From Polyangiaceae bacterium (GTDB taxonomy: Bacteria; Myxococcota_A; Polyangia; Polyangiales; Polyangiaceae): a stretch of 64,000 bases of DNA. This document shows positions 21,487-31,539 of the stretch, piece by piece. The stretch is taken from contig JALHPN010000002.1 of NCBI GenBank assembly GCA_022842465.1, positions 40,391-104,390 on the forward strand, written 5' to 3'. Positions within the stretch are counted from its first letter, which is position 1; the number at the start of each line of letters is the position of its first letter. The translations under genes were made by a program, and so were the position numbers. A model generated the notes under the pieces. It searched no databases and was not told the origin of the DNA. It saw nothing but the letters and a program-made list of their open reading frames with translations.

Positions 21487-22650
21487 ATGGCGGCGCTCGT
21501 GACCCCGACGTCGCTCGTCCGCGCGAAGCGGGCGCGGGCGAAGAGCGCCGTGCCGCACAAGGGCCGAGGCCCGAAGGACTGGCAAGCGCAGATGCGCGCC
21601 TCGGTGCGCTCGTCCGCCGAGCTCGCCGCGGCGCTCGTCCTCACGCCGGAGGAGCTCGAGGGCGCGCGTCGGGCCGAGCGCGAGGGGCTGCCGATCGCGA
21701 TCACGCCGTACTACCTCTCGCTCTGCGATCGTCACGATCCGAGCTGCCCCGTGCGGATGCAGTGCGTGCCGGTGGCCGCCGAGGGAAAGGCGGTCCCGGG
21801 AGACCTCGAGGACCCGCTCGGCGAGGTCGCCCACGAGGTCGCGCCGCACCTCGTCCAGCGGTACCCCGATCGCGTGCTCCTCCTCGTCACCGATCGCTGC
21901 GCGGTCTACTGCCGGTTCTGCACGCGCTCGCGCATGGTCGGTGACGGCGGAGGACCGGTCCCGGACGCCGCGCTCGAACCCGCGCTCCGCTACATCGCGG
22001 AGCACCCCGAGGTCCGGGACGTGATCGTGAGCGGCGGCGACCCGCTCGCGATGGCGACGGCGCGCCTCGAGCGGCTCCTCGCGCGCATCCGCGCGATCCC
22101 GAGCGTCGACACGATCCGCCTCGCGACGCGCATCCCCGTGACCCTGCCGATGCGCGTGACGAAGGAGCTCGTCTCCGCGTTGAAGAAGCACCACCCGATC
22201 TGGGTGATGACGCACTTCAACCATCCGAAGGAGCTGACGCCCGAGTCCGTCCGCGCCTGCGAGCGCCTCGCGGACGCCGGGTTCCCGGTGATGAACCAGT
22301 CGGTCCTCCTCGCCGGGATCAACGACGACGTCGACGTGCTCGAGCGCCTCTTCCGAGGCCTCGTCCGGGCGCGGGTCAGGCCGTACTACCTCCTGCAGGC
22401 GGACCCGGTCCGCGGGACTGGGCATCTGCGGACGCCCCTCGACCGTGGGATCGGCCTCATGGGCGCCCTCCAGGGCCGCCTCACCAGCATCGCGCTGCCG
22501 AAATTCATCTGCGATACCCCCGGCGGCAAGGGGAAGGTCCCCCTGACGCCGGACTGGGTCGTCGCGAGGCGACCCGGCGAGACGGTGCTGCGGACATTCC
22601 GGGGGGAGGACGTCACGTACGTCGATCCGCCCGCCGGGGGCCGCGGGTAG
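21487..22650 (+). CDS. KamA family radical SAM protein (lysine 2,3-aminomutase-like)
   Basis: ITPYYLSL, RYPDRVLL, CAVYCRFC, SGGDPL, HFNHPKE, NQSVLLAGIND, GGKGKVP. Confidence 0.94.
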   Translation: MAALVTPTSLVRAKRARAKSAVPHKGRGPKDWQAQMRASVRSSAELAAALVLTPEELEGARRAEREGLPIAITPYYLSLCDRHDPSCPVRMQCVPVAAEGKAVPGDLEDPLGEVAHEVAPHLVQRYPDRVLLLVTDRCAVYCRFCTRSRMVGDGGGPVPDAALEPALRYIAEHPEVRDVIVSGGDPLAMATARLERLLARIRAIPSVDTIRLATRIPVTLPMRVTKELVSALKKHHPIWVMTHFNHPKELTPESVRACERLADAGFPVMNQSVLLAGINDDVDVLERLFRGLVRARVRPYYLLQADPVRGTGHLRTPLDRGIGLMGALQGRLTSIALPKFICDTPGGKGKVPLTPDWVVARRPGETVLRTFRGEDVTYVDPPAGGRG

Positions 22651-22689
22651 CGCGCGCGGAGACGCCGTTTCCGTATATCCTCCGGCTCG

Positions 22690-24465
22690 ATGACCTCGTA
22701 CGGCCGATCGCCGCGTCGCTCCCTTGCCGTCGTCGCTCTCGCGGGGGTGCTCGCCTCGCAGAGCGTCTTGCTCACCTCCTCGGTCGCGCTCGCGCAGGCG
22801 ACCGACGCGAAGACCGCCCTCGCCGCTGGCGACAAGGCGGCCCGCGCGAAGGACTGGGCGGCTGCCCTCGCGCAGTACGAAGCTGCGAACAAGGCGCAAC
22901 CCAGCGCCGAGGCGCTCGAGGGCGTCGCGAACGCGCGCTACCAGGCGAAGCAGGACGCCGAGGCCTACGCCGCGTACGACGAGTACCTGAAGACGTACGG
23001 CGCGAAGGTCGCGAAGCCGAAGAAGACCGCCGCCGAGGCGCGCCTGAAGGAGCTCGACGGGCGCACGGGGACGCTCTCGGTCAGCGTCAGCGAGGCCGGC
23101 GCGCAGATCTCCGTCGACGACAAGCCCGTCGGGACGACGCCGCTCGCCGCGCCTCTCCGCCTCGCGGTCGGTCCGCATCGCGTCCGCATCGCGAAGGACG
23201 GGTTCACGCCCGTCGATCAGGTGCCGAACGTCGTCGCGGGCGTCGCCGCGAAGGTCGACGTGAAGCTCGAGGCGCTGTCCTCGAAGGGGAAGCTCGTCGT
23301 GAAGGAGAAGACGGGGCGGCCCATCCGCGTCCTCGTCGACGGCGTCGACATGGGCGACGCCCCGTGGAGGGGCGAGCTCGAGGCCGGCCAGCACGAGGTG
23401 AGCGGTCGCGGCCCTGCCGCTGCGGCCGCGCCCGAGAAGGTGACGATCGAGCGGGCGAAGACGCACGAGGTCGAGCTCGTCGCCTCGTCGACCGTGGCGC
23501 CGCTCAAGATCACGACCAGCGACGGCAAGGGTCTCGTCTACCTCGACGACAAGCTCGTCGGGGAAGGCTCGTTCGCCGCCGACGTTCCGGCCGGGACCCA
23601 CAAGCTCCGCGTCACGCGGGAGGGCTACGATCCCTACGAGGAGGAAGTCGTCCTCGTCGAGAAGCAGCCGCGGTCCGTGGCGGTGACGCTGAAGCTCGCC
23701 GCGACGATCGACACGCGCGCCGTGAAGGCGGAGGACCGCGGGCTCGAGGGCATCTACGGCGGCTTCGGCCTCCTCGGCACGCTCCTCCCTGGAGGTCTCG
23801 GCAGCTCCATCCAGCGCGAGTGCGAGCGAAACCCGAAGCCGCCGGGGCTCACGAGCTGCTCGGGGGAAGGCGGCAGCACCGGCGCCGGCCTCAACGGCTT
23901 CCTCGGGTACCACTGGGACCCGATCGGCGTGGAGCTCTTCCTCGGCGCGCACTACGACCAGGCGAAGATCCAGCGCGACTGGACGCAGGCCGACGTCGGC
24001 CTCGGCATCGGCCGCGACCCCGCGCGCACCGAAGAGTTCACGATCCGACGCGTCGGCGGGTACGCCGCCTTCCGACTCCGCCTCACGCTCCAGACGAAGC
24101 GCGTGCGCTTCGTGGTGCCGGTGGGCGTGGGGCTCTCGTACCGCACGATGCTCCTCGAGCGCCGGGTCACCCTCGCGAGCGATCCGGCGGTGAAGGGCGG
24201 GTACCTGCCCGACTCGCAGAGCTACTTGGCGCCCGTGCTCTCGCTCGATCCGGGCGTCCAGTTCCGCCTCACCGACACGACGTCGGTGGGCGCCGGGCTC
24301 TCGATCATGCTCGAGAGCCCGAACCCGTTCGGTTCGATCCCGACGACGCCCATCGACAACACGCAGCGGCTCGGTCCCAACACCCTCACGACGAGCCCGT
24401 ACGAGCTCGCGCGCGACGCCCAGATCTACGTGGGGCCTTACATCGGGATGATGTTCGGGCCCTGA
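22690..24465 (+). CDS. Exported TPR + PEGA-repeat protein with possible C-terminal beta-barrel
   Basis: Signal peptide, TPR-like helices, three PEGA-like repeats (GAQISVDDKPVGTTPL, VLVDGVDMG, VYLDDKLVGEG), alternating-strand C-terminus ending YIGMMFGP. Confidence 0.85.
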   Translation: MTSYGRSPRRSLAVVALAGVLASQSVLLTSSVALAQATDAKTALAAGDKAARAKDWAAALAQYEAANKAQPSAEALEGVANARYQAKQDAEAYAAYDEYLKTYGAKVAKPKKTAAEARLKELDGRTGTLSVSVSEAGAQISVDDKPVGTTPLAAPLRLAVGPHRVRIAKDGFTPVDQVPNVVAGVAAKVDVKLEALSSKGKLVVKEKTGRPIRVLVDGVDMGDAPWRGELEAGQHEVSGRGPAAAAAPEKVTIERAKTHEVELVASSTVAPLKITTSDGKGLVYLDDKLVGEGSFAADVPAGTHKLRVTREGYDPYEEEVVLVEKQPRSVAVTLKLAATIDTRAVKAEDRGLEGIYGGFGLLGTLLPGGLGSSIQRECERNPKPPGLTSCSGEGGSTGAGLNGFLGYHWDPIGVELFLGAHYDQAKIQRDWTQADVGLGIGRDPARTEEFTIRRVGGYAAFRLRLTLQTKRVRFVVPVGVGLSYRTMLLERRVTLASDPAVKGGYLPDSQSYLAPVLSLDPGVQFRLTDTTSVGAGLSIMLESPNPFGSIPTTPIDNTQRLGPNTLTTSPYELARDAQIYVGPYIGMMFGP

Positions 24466-24478
24466 AGAGGGCGCTCGC

Positions 24479-25735
24479 TCAGGGGCAGTCGTAGACGACG
24501 CCGCTGTCGAGGCAGCGCAATTCGGGGGGCAGCAGGCCGGCGTCGGCGTACTCGCCGAACGTCCGGAGCCGGGGCGTGCCGAGGCGCTGCACCGGGATGG
24601 CCTCGAAGCGAGCGCCCATCGAGATGGCGTCGCACGGGAGCGCCGCCCTGTCGTCGCAGTGGCTCCCGCGGATGTCGCGCGAGTCGCACACGCGCGTCCG
24701 GAGGAGCTCGCGCGCGGGCGAGTCGCAAGCGTACGCGAGCTCACGGTTCGGCCCCACGCGCACGAGGAGGAGGCTCCGAAGGAGCTTCCCGACCTCGAGG
24801 CGTCCGCCGAGCCGCCCTCCGACGAGCGCCGTCTCACCGCCGTCCGTCCGCGCGAGCGTGGCCTCTACCCACCCTTCCGTGACGGCGAGATCGGAGGGGG
24901 CGCGGTCCTGGTTGTCGAAGCGAAGCGGCAGTGTCATGCGATCGAAGCGCGCGACCAGGACCCCTCCGCTCACCCAGGCGGTGCGCGTCCTGAAGAAGGA
25001 GCGCAGAACCAGCGTGCTGTCGCCCTCCGGTACCCCGCGCAGAAATCGTTCATCGGGTTGGAAGAGGTCGCCCGCGTCGAGCTGGGGCGGGTTCTCGATC
25101 TCGCGCTCCGCGATGAAGCCGCCGTCCCCGAGACGTCCGCCCCACACGGTCGTCGCGTCCGCCCCCCCGTCGAGCGGGTTGCCGAACCCGACGAGCGGGA
25201 TGAGCTCGAGCTCGATCTCCGGATCCTCTGCGCTCCCGTTCCACGACGAGATGCGCAGCGCGAAGCCGTGACGCGCCGTGCCCAGACGACGCTGAAGGTC
25301 CTCCGCCCCGTACGCGCCGAACCCGGCCTTCTCGACCTGGGCGAGCATGCGTCCGAATCCGTTGTCGATGCCACCGACCAGGTCGGTCACCACCTCTTCG
25401 GGGGCGAAGGAGCCGGAGTCGATGTTCACCACGCAGCTGTTCTGCGTCAGCTCGATGGTCTGCGCGCGGTCGAGATCGAAGCCCAAGCCCGGGGTCTCGA
25501 GGTCCACGCCGAAATCGAGGGACGTCATGACGACGAGCAAGGGCTCCTTCGTCTCGGTATCGGGTGCTTCCGGCCTCGCGAGTCCGATGAAGTCGGGCGG
25601 GCACGCGTCCGCCTCGGGGGCGGCGTCGGGGGAGACTTGCCGTTCCGCGAGCGGCTCGAGACCGAAGACCCCGATGCACGAGATCGCCCCCACGGTGGCC
25701 GCAACGACGACCGCGCCCGCGCGGAGGCGCTTCAA
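24479..25735 (-). CDS. Hypothetical lipoprotein
   Basis: TTG start overlaps the upstream stop (TTGA); signal peptide ending AISC; GFDLD...SC...DLVGGIDNGFG; C-terminal cysteines (PCDAISMG). Confidence 0.78.
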   Translation of the reverse strand: MKRLRAGAVVVAATVGAISCIGVFGLEPLAERQVSPDAAPEADACPPDFIGLARPEAPDTETKEPLLVVMTSLDFGVDLETPGLGFDLDRAQTIELTQNSCVVNIDSGSFAPEEVVTDLVGGIDNGFGRMLAQVEKAGFGAYGAEDLQRRLGTARHGFALRISSWNGSAEDPEIELELIPLVGFGNPLDGGADATTVWGGRLGDGGFIAEREIENPPQLDAGDLFQPDERFLRGVPEGDSTLVLRSFFRTRTAWVSGGVLVARFDRMTLPLRFDNQDRAPSDLAVTEGWVEATLARTDGGETALVGGRLGGRLEVGKLLRSLLLVRVGPNRELAYACDSPARELLRTRVCDSRDIRGSHCDDRAALPCDAISMGARFEAIPVQRLGTPRLRTFGEYADAGLLPPELRCLDSGVVYDCP

Positions 25736-26739
25736 AAGGTCCCCGCGATCGCGCCGCCGCCGAGGCCGACGGTCACGGGGAGCCCGAACGGGCTCCGCGC
25801 GCGCCGGTCTCGCGACGGCGAGGGCGCCACGGCGACGATGACGACGCCCGCGGCGAGGAGGACCGCCCCCGCGAGGCCGACGACGGTCGCTCCCCTCGCG
25901 AGCGTGCGCGCGTCGTCGGCGCGGACCACGGCGCTCGCCGGGCAGTCGCTCGGCGGCGCACCGCAGGTCGCGCGAGCGTCGCCGTAGTTGCCGTTGGCCA
26001 CGAGCCCGAGCCCGAGCCCCGTGGCGGCCGCCATGGCGCCGACGCTCGCGACGACGATGCCGCTCGTCCGCGTCGCGGTCCACCAGGAGGGCACGTCGCT
26101 CGCCCGTGCCGCGACGGGGACGGAGGGAGGGCTGCCCTCCGCCTCGGAGCGCTCGAGCACGGGCACGGTCACGAGGCGGGCGCCGCCACGGACCGTCACC
26201 TCCAGCCGAGCTGGGCTTCGACCGGGGGCGGATGCCGTGACGACGTGATCCCCCTCGTCGACGGGCACGCGCATCCCCCATTCTGCGGCGGAGACCTGGG
26301 TGCCATCGCGCGTCACGACGAGACCTGGCGTACGGCTCGCCGCCGGCACCTCGATCGTGAGGTGCACGAGCTTGGCGGCGAGCGCCGCCGCGCCGTCGCG
26401 TGCGCGCGCCTCGAGGTCCGGTCGCCCCGAGCGCCGCGCGAGGACCTCGGCCTCCTTGTAGCTCGCCCAGGCGCTCGCCGTACGATCGAGCGCCTCGTAG
26501 CAGCTCGCGAGGTTGAGCAGAGTCGTCGTCTTCGGATCTGCCGCTTGGCTCGCCGCGAACTTCGCGCACGCGGCGGCCGTGCGGCCCGCCTCGATGTCCT
26601 CGAGCGCGCCCTCGAAGAGGGCCTGGGCGCGCGCACGTGGCTCGGCAGACGGAGGGCCGTCCGCGAGCAGCGGGGACACGCCGCTCGCGAGCGCGCAGGC
26701 GAGCCCGATCCCGAGGATCCTGGACAGAGGGCGGTTCAT
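25732..26739 (-). CDS. TPR + PEGA-like exported protein with C-terminal hydrophobic helices
   Basis: AQALFEGA...AACAKFAASQAADP...TLLNLASCYEALDRTASAWASY, PEGA-like VTRDG...PVDEGDHVVTASAPG. Confidence 0.85.
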   Translation of the reverse strand: MNRPLSRILGIGLACALASGVSPLLADGPPSAEPRARAQALFEGALEDIEAGRTAAACAKFAASQAADPKTTTLLNLASCYEALDRTASAWASYKEAEVLARRSGRPDLEARARDGAAALAAKLVHLTIEVPAASRTPGLVVTRDGTQVSAAEWGMRVPVDEGDHVVTASAPGRSPARLEVTVRGGARLVTVPVLERSEAEGSPPSVPVAARASDVPSWWTATRTSGIVVASVGAMAAATGLGLGLVANGNYGDARATCGAPPSDCPASAVVRADDARTLARGATVVGLAGAVLLAAGVVIVAVAPSPSRDRRARSPFGLPVTVGLGGGAIAGTF

Positions 26740-28145
26740 TCTCGCGTTCGCCAGTATCGCCCGGCGTCGGCCGGCAGAGGGGGCTCCGCCGACGGAGCGG
26801 CGTTGGGCGCCTGGGTCGGCGGAGCCGCGGTCCTCGGAGGACGTGTCAGGCCTCCGCGTGCCGGGGCGCGCGACCTCGGGCGGAGATCCGCCGCGGGAGC
26901 CTCCCCTTCGGCGCTCACGGCGAGGGCCGGAGGAGGAGTCGTCGGGGCGACCGCTGGAGGGGGGTCCTCCGCGCCCTCGGCCTCCTGGCGGGGCGGGGCT
27001 CTCTCCACGGGACGCTCGGACGGAAGCGTCGCGCGGCGCACTCCGAACGAGACCGCGGCGACGAGCAGGAGCCCGCCGAGCGCGCCTCCCGCCAAGAAGA
27101 GGCGCGGGTGGGCACCGCCGCGCGGCTCGGTCGTCACGGCGCGCTCGGCGGGGGCCGCCACCGTCGTCGCGTACGCGCCCACGGACGGGGCGACCCCTCC
27201 ACCGCCGCGGGTCGGCTCTCGCGTATGAGGATGGCGAATGGCCGCGATGCGATCCGCATGTGCGCGATCGATCTCTCGCGCGAACGGCGCGAGCGCTCGC
27301 GCGAGCTCCGCGACGTCGGCGAAACGGTCGCGCGCATCCTTCGCGAGGCAGCGCGTCACGATCGCGTCGACGCCTTCGGGGAGCTCGGGTCGGAGACCCC
27401 GGAGCGCGGGGGGCTCCTTCTGCGCGACGCAGAGGGCGATCTCCACGGCGGAGCGCCCTTCGAACGGGAGGCGCCCCGTGAGGAGCTCGTAGAGGACCAC
27501 CCCGAGGGACCAGATGTCCGCGCGCTCGTCGACGTCACGCGCCGACCGCATCTGCTCCGGGCTCATGTAGGCCGGGGAGCCGAACACGGACTCTGCCGAC
27601 GTGAGCGCACCTCCGCCGTCCCCGAGAGGTGCGAGCTTGGAGATCCCGAAGTCGAGCACCTTGACGCGTGGGGCGCCGTCCGGCCCCTTCGTGAGGAAGA
27701 GGTTCGAGGGCTTGAGGTCCCGGTGGACGATGCCGAGCCGATGCGCTTCGGCGAGCGCGTCGCACGCGTGCAGGAGGTAGAGCGCGACGTCCTCGAGCGC
27801 GAGCGCGGCGCGGCTTCGGAGCTCCTCCTCGAGGTCCCGACCCTCGAGGAGCTCCATGACGATGTACGGGGAGCCGTCGTCGAGCTTTCCCGTGTCGAGC
27901 GTACGGGCGACGTGAACGCTCTCGAGCTGCGCGGCGGCCCGCGCCTCGCGCAAGAATCGCTCGATGGCGCCGTGTCCTTGTGCTCCCCGATGGAGGAATT
28001 TCAGCGCGACGCGTCGATGGAGGTCTACGTGCTCGGCGACGACGACGACGCCCATCCCGCCCGCAGCGAGGACGCGGTCGACTACGTACTTCCCGGCAAG
28101 GACGTCTCCCTTGGCCACCGGGGCGCTGGATTCAGGAGCGACCAC
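26736..28145 (-). CDS. Membrane Ser/Thr protein kinase
   Basis: GGMGVV, VALK, HRDLKPSN, DFGISK, GSPAYMSPEQ; one TM then a Pro/Ala-rich tail; GTG 28145 or TTG 28154 start. Confidence 0.94.
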   Translation of the reverse strand: MVAPESSAPVAKGDVLAGKYVVDRVLAAGGMGVVVVAEHVDLHRRVALKFLHRGAQGHGAIERFLREARAAAQLESVHVARTLDTGKLDDGSPYIVMELLEGRDLEEELRSRAALALEDVALYLLHACDALAEAHRLGIVHRDLKPSNLFLTKGPDGAPRVKVLDFGISKLAPLGDGGGALTSAESVFGSPAYMSPEQMRSARDVDERADIWSLGVVLYELLTGRLPFEGRSAVEIALCVAQKEPPALRGLRPELPEGVDAIVTRCLAKDARDRFADVAELARALAPFAREIDRAHADRIAAIRHPHTREPTRGGGGVAPSVGAYATTVAAPAERAVTTEPRGGAHPRLFLAGGALGGLLLVAAVSFGVRRATLPSERPVERAPPRQEAEGAEDPPPAVAPTTPPPALAVSAEGEAPAADLRPRSRAPARGGLTRPPRTAAPPTQAPNAAPSAEPPLPADAGRYWRTRE

Positions 28146-28182
28146 GCGCTCCAAGGATATGGAGCGGTTGCTGGCGAAGCAA

Positions 28183-30216
28183 TCAGGGGGAGCAGGGATT
28201 GTTGTACCAGAACATCGGCACCGCCTGGCTCGGCTGCAGGTAGAGCGCGGCGTACTGCTGCGCAGACGAGAGCGCGTTCCGGTAGTCGGTGCAGGCCTGC
28301 CCGCAGACGCGAATGCGCCGCGGCGTGCCTTCGGTGAAGTTCCAGCCCGAGGCCGTCGAGTCCTCGCCCGTGCACTGAGCGGAGAACGGGATCTTCACCG
28401 ACGGCTTCGCCGGGAGCGCGATCGCGTCCGAGTAGGCGAGCGTCGAGTTCGTGTCGAAGGTCACGCCCGAGCTCGGGACGTCGTACGTGCACGTCGCGAG
28501 GTCGGCGGTGATCTTCTGGAGCGCGCGGAGCGCGTTCGCCTTGTTCGCGGTGCCGCGCGCGTCGAAGGCCTTGCCGCCGGCGACGAGGTTCGCCTCGTTG
28601 AAGATCTGCGCCTGCCCGGCCTCGGGCGTCGCGGGATCGTTCGTGAAGAGGAGCGCGTACGTGTCCACCGCCGGCGTGCCCGTCCGCGCCGCCAGCGCGA
28701 GGTTGCTCGACGTCGTGGGCGCGATGCACGCGGGAGCCGTGCTCGCCTTGTCGAAGTCGCGGTTCGAGAGGATCAGCACCGCGCGCTTGGCGTACGCCGC
28801 GCCCGCGGGCGAGCTCTGGGTCGAGGTCTGGTTCTTCGCGTACTCGAAGATGCCGGGCAGCGCCGCCGCGAGGTTCGTCGCCTCGTCGGCGGTGCGCGGC
28901 GGATGCGCGTCGATCTCGGCGACGACGGCGTCGACGTCCTTGCGCACCGAGCGCGGGGCGCCCGGCGCCGCGACGGAGCAGGCGTTGTCTCCCCCCGGGT
29001 AGTAGGCGACGGCGACCTCGGTCGTCGCGAACGCGGGGTCCTCGAGGCCCTTCTTCAAGAGCTCGAGGCCTGTCTGGGTGTCCTCGAAGAGGTCCTTGTT
29101 GTTCTTCGTGTCGTCCGCGAGGACGACGAGGAGGCTCGGCGAGGACTTCAGCTCGCGCGCCTGGCACTTGTCGGGGACATCGCCCTTCGGGCTCTGGCCC
29201 TGGGCGTCGAGCCCCATCTTGAGCAGGGCGTCCTCGCGACAGAGCGGCTGCGACGGCGCCTTCGAACGGCAGAGCGCGCTCGCGCGGATGCTCGTGATCC
29301 GATGCGGCGTCGGCCGCGTCGCGTTCGGGTTCTGCGGATCCGGCCCTTCGCCCTTCACCTGATCGCAGAGGCCAGGCGCGAGCCGGAACTGCTGGGGCTT
29401 CGTGGCATCGGGGATGAAGAAGCCCTCCTGCTCGTCGAGGTCGAGGATCTCCACGACCGCGCCGCCGTCGTAGACGACCTCGACGTTCACCCCGTCGCCG
29501 GGCGTGGCGAGCGGGTTGGGGATCACCGGGGTCGGCGCGCTCTTCGTGCCCGGGATCGCGTACGTGCAGTCCGCTGGGTTCACGATCGCCGGGGGGATCG
29601 CCGGACCCATGCACTCCTTCACGGAGAAGCAGCCGCCGCCCGTCCCGTCGACGAGGTCCGGCGTGTACGGCACGAGCTTGTTCGGATCCTGGGAGGCGTC
29701 GTAGCAGCGTCCTGCCTTGCAGGTCCTGTCCGTGCTGCCCCCCGACTCGCAGTCCGTGTCGTAGCAGCCGAACTTGAGCCCCATCGGGAGGAAGAGGGTC
29801 TGCTCCGTGAGGTACGGCTGGCGGCTCCGGCGGAGGACGCGGATCCCGTTGTCCCCGACCTTCGCGCCGACGCTCGAGCACGAGCCCATCGCGGGGTTCG
29901 CTTCGTCGTACTTGTCCGTGAAGCCGACGACGGAGATCGTGATCGGCGAGGCGGTCTTGGAGACGTCGACGGGGTAGGTGCCGAGCGAGCGAGGCAGCTG
30001 TACGCGGCCGTCGTAGACCGGGTAGGCCTGGCAGAACGAGATGATGCCCCCGACGGAGACGTCGACGCGCACCGTCTTCAGATCACGCGGGACCTGCACT
30101 TGCGTCGAGATGCCCGCCACGTACTGCGTCTGCTTCTCCGCCTCGCATCCCGACCACGCGAGAGCGGACGCACCGAGGAGACCGAGCGAGAGGGCCTTCG
30201 TCGTGATTCTGCGCAT
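28183..30216 (-). CDS. Cys-rich lipoprotein with C-terminal vWA-like domain
   Basis: Lipobox WSGC; many cysteines; LLVVLADD..., VAVAYYP, TNLAAALPG, VLILSN, LVAGG, ALQKITADLATCTYDVP, IRVCGQAC. Confidence 0.8.
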   Translation of the reverse strand: MRRITTKALSLGLLGASALAWSGCEAEKQTQYVAGISTQVQVPRDLKTVRVDVSVGGIISFCQAYPVYDGRVQLPRSLGTYPVDVSKTASPITISVVGFTDKYDEANPAMGSCSSVGAKVGDNGIRVLRRSRQPYLTEQTLFLPMGLKFGCYDTDCESGGSTDRTCKAGRCYDASQDPNKLVPYTPDLVDGTGGGCFSVKECMGPAIPPAIVNPADCTYAIPGTKSAPTPVIPNPLATPGDGVNVEVVYDGGAVVEILDLDEQEGFFIPDATKPQQFRLAPGLCDQVKGEGPDPQNPNATRPTPHRITSIRASALCRSKAPSQPLCREDALLKMGLDAQGQSPKGDVPDKCQARELKSSPSLLVVLADDTKNNKDLFEDTQTGLELLKKGLEDPAFATTEVAVAYYPGGDNACSVAAPGAPRSVRKDVDAVVAEIDAHPPRTADEATNLAAALPGIFEYAKNQTSTQSSPAGAAYAKRAVLILSNRDFDKASTAPACIAPTTSSNLALAARTGTPAVDTYALLFTNDPATPEAGQAQIFNEANLVAGGKAFDARGTANKANALRALQKITADLATCTYDVPSSGVTFDTNSTLAYSDAIALPAKPSVKIPFSAQCTGEDSTASGWNFTEGTPRRIRVCGQACTDYRNALSSAQQYAALYLQPSQAVPMFWYNNPCSP

Positions 30217-30242
30217 GGAGTTCGTCGGATCCTTTTGGCGAG

Positions 30243-31475
30243 TCAGAAGCGGACCGACGCGGGCTGCGTCGGCACGTTGAAGGGGGGGAGCGTGGTCGAT
30301 GCGCGGTCCTCGTCCTTCGGCTTCAGGATGAAGTACCCCGCGAGCGAGCCCGCGCCGAGCACGAGGACGGTGCCGATCAGGTAGGGGACGAAGCTCGTGT
30401 TCCGGTCCTCGTTGAGGCGCGCGCTCACCGTGCGCTCGCCGCCCTTCGGGACCTCCACGTCGTAGTTGAAGACGTAGTAGCCCTTCTTCTTCACAGCGAC
30501 CTGGTGCTTGCCCGCGTCGACGGGACCCTCCCAGCGCGAGGAGCCGACGAGGTGGCCGTCGATCTCGATCGTGGCGTCTGCCGGATCGGTCGTGACGAGC
30601 AGCTTCCCCTTCCGCTGCTCGCTCGCGAGCTGGAGCGAGAGGCTCACGGGCTCGCCCTCGCGGGCGACGAGCGTCTGCGACGCGGTCGTGAAGTCCATCG
30701 CCTCCGCGCTGACGACGTGGGGCTCGGGCGAGACGAGGATCTGACCCTCGTACGGCTTCGTCGCCGTGGCCGCGCCGACCTCGCGCCCGTCGACCTTCAC
30801 GACGGCGGAGCGAGGGCCGATGACGGCGACGGTGAGGCGCGTGGAGCGAATCAACGACTCCATCTTGAGGCTCACGAGCGGCTCGCGCTTGTCACCCAGA
30901 ATGGTGGCCGTCGCCTCCGAGAAGCCCGGCTTCACGGCACGGATCGTGTGGCTCGCCGCGGTGAGCCGGACCGGCTCCTTCAGCGGAGACGTGCCCACCT
31001 CGGTCTTGTCGACGAAGACGGTGGCGCCGGGCTCGTTCACCTCGATCGTCGCCTTGATGACGAACGGCTCGAGCTGCTTGATGGCGTCCTTCAGCTGCTG
31101 CTCTTCTTCGGCGGAGAGCTTCTCGTCGGGAGGGAGCTTCTTGGCCTCCTCCAGCTCGCGCTCGAAGTTGATCATCGCGGCGACGTAGTTCTGGAGCTGC
31201 TTCTCCGCGATGGCCACGTTGAAGAGGACGCGCGGGTTCTTGGTCGCGTCGTAGACGCGGAGGAACGCTGCTCGCGCGCCGTCCGGGTTGTTCCGCTCGA
31301 TGAGGCGGACCCCGGCGTCGAAGTCAGCACGGACGTTCTCCGGGAGCCGATCGCGGAGCGACTTCGGCTTCTTCGGCTGCGCCGCGGCGGTCGTCACGAG
31401 AGCGAGCTGCATCGTCGGCACGGTGAGCGCGACCGACAGGACGAGGGCGAGGCTGCGCCTCAGAGGAGCATGCAT
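30243..31475 (-). CDS. TPR + PEGA-repeat exported protein
   Basis: Signal peptide, TPR-like (FLRVYDATKNPRVLFNVA), three PEGA-like repeats (GATVFVDKTEVGTSPL, VKVDGREVG, ATIEIDGHLVG), C-terminal TM. Confidence 0.88.
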   Translation of the reverse strand: MHAPLRRSLALVLSVALTVPTMQLALVTTAAAQPKKPKSLRDRLPENVRADFDAGVRLIERNNPDGARAAFLRVYDATKNPRVLFNVAIAEKQLQNYVAAMINFERELEEAKKLPPDEKLSAEEEQQLKDAIKQLEPFVIKATIEVNEPGATVFVDKTEVGTSPLKEPVRLTAASHTIRAVKPGFSEATATILGDKREPLVSLKMESLIRSTRLTVAVIGPRSAVVKVDGREVGAATATKPYEGQILVSPEPHVVSAEAMDFTTASQTLVAREGEPVSLSLQLASEQRKGKLLVTTDPADATIEIDGHLVGSSRWEGPVDAGKHQVAVKKKGYYVFNYDVEVPKGGERTVSARLNEDRNTSFVPYLIGTVLVLGAGSLAGYFILKPKDEDRASTTLPPFNVPTQPASVRF

Positions 31476-31539
31476 GCGAGTTTCCGATGGTCCGAGGAAC
31501 GGCAAGAGAACGGGTGACCCTACGGTCGTACCAGAACCT

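Noticed and set aside
21487-22650. Radical SAM gene as part of a RiPP or beta-amino-acid biosynthetic cluster
   Set aside because: Ordinary KamA-family sequence with no precursor peptide, NRPS, efp or epmA nearby.
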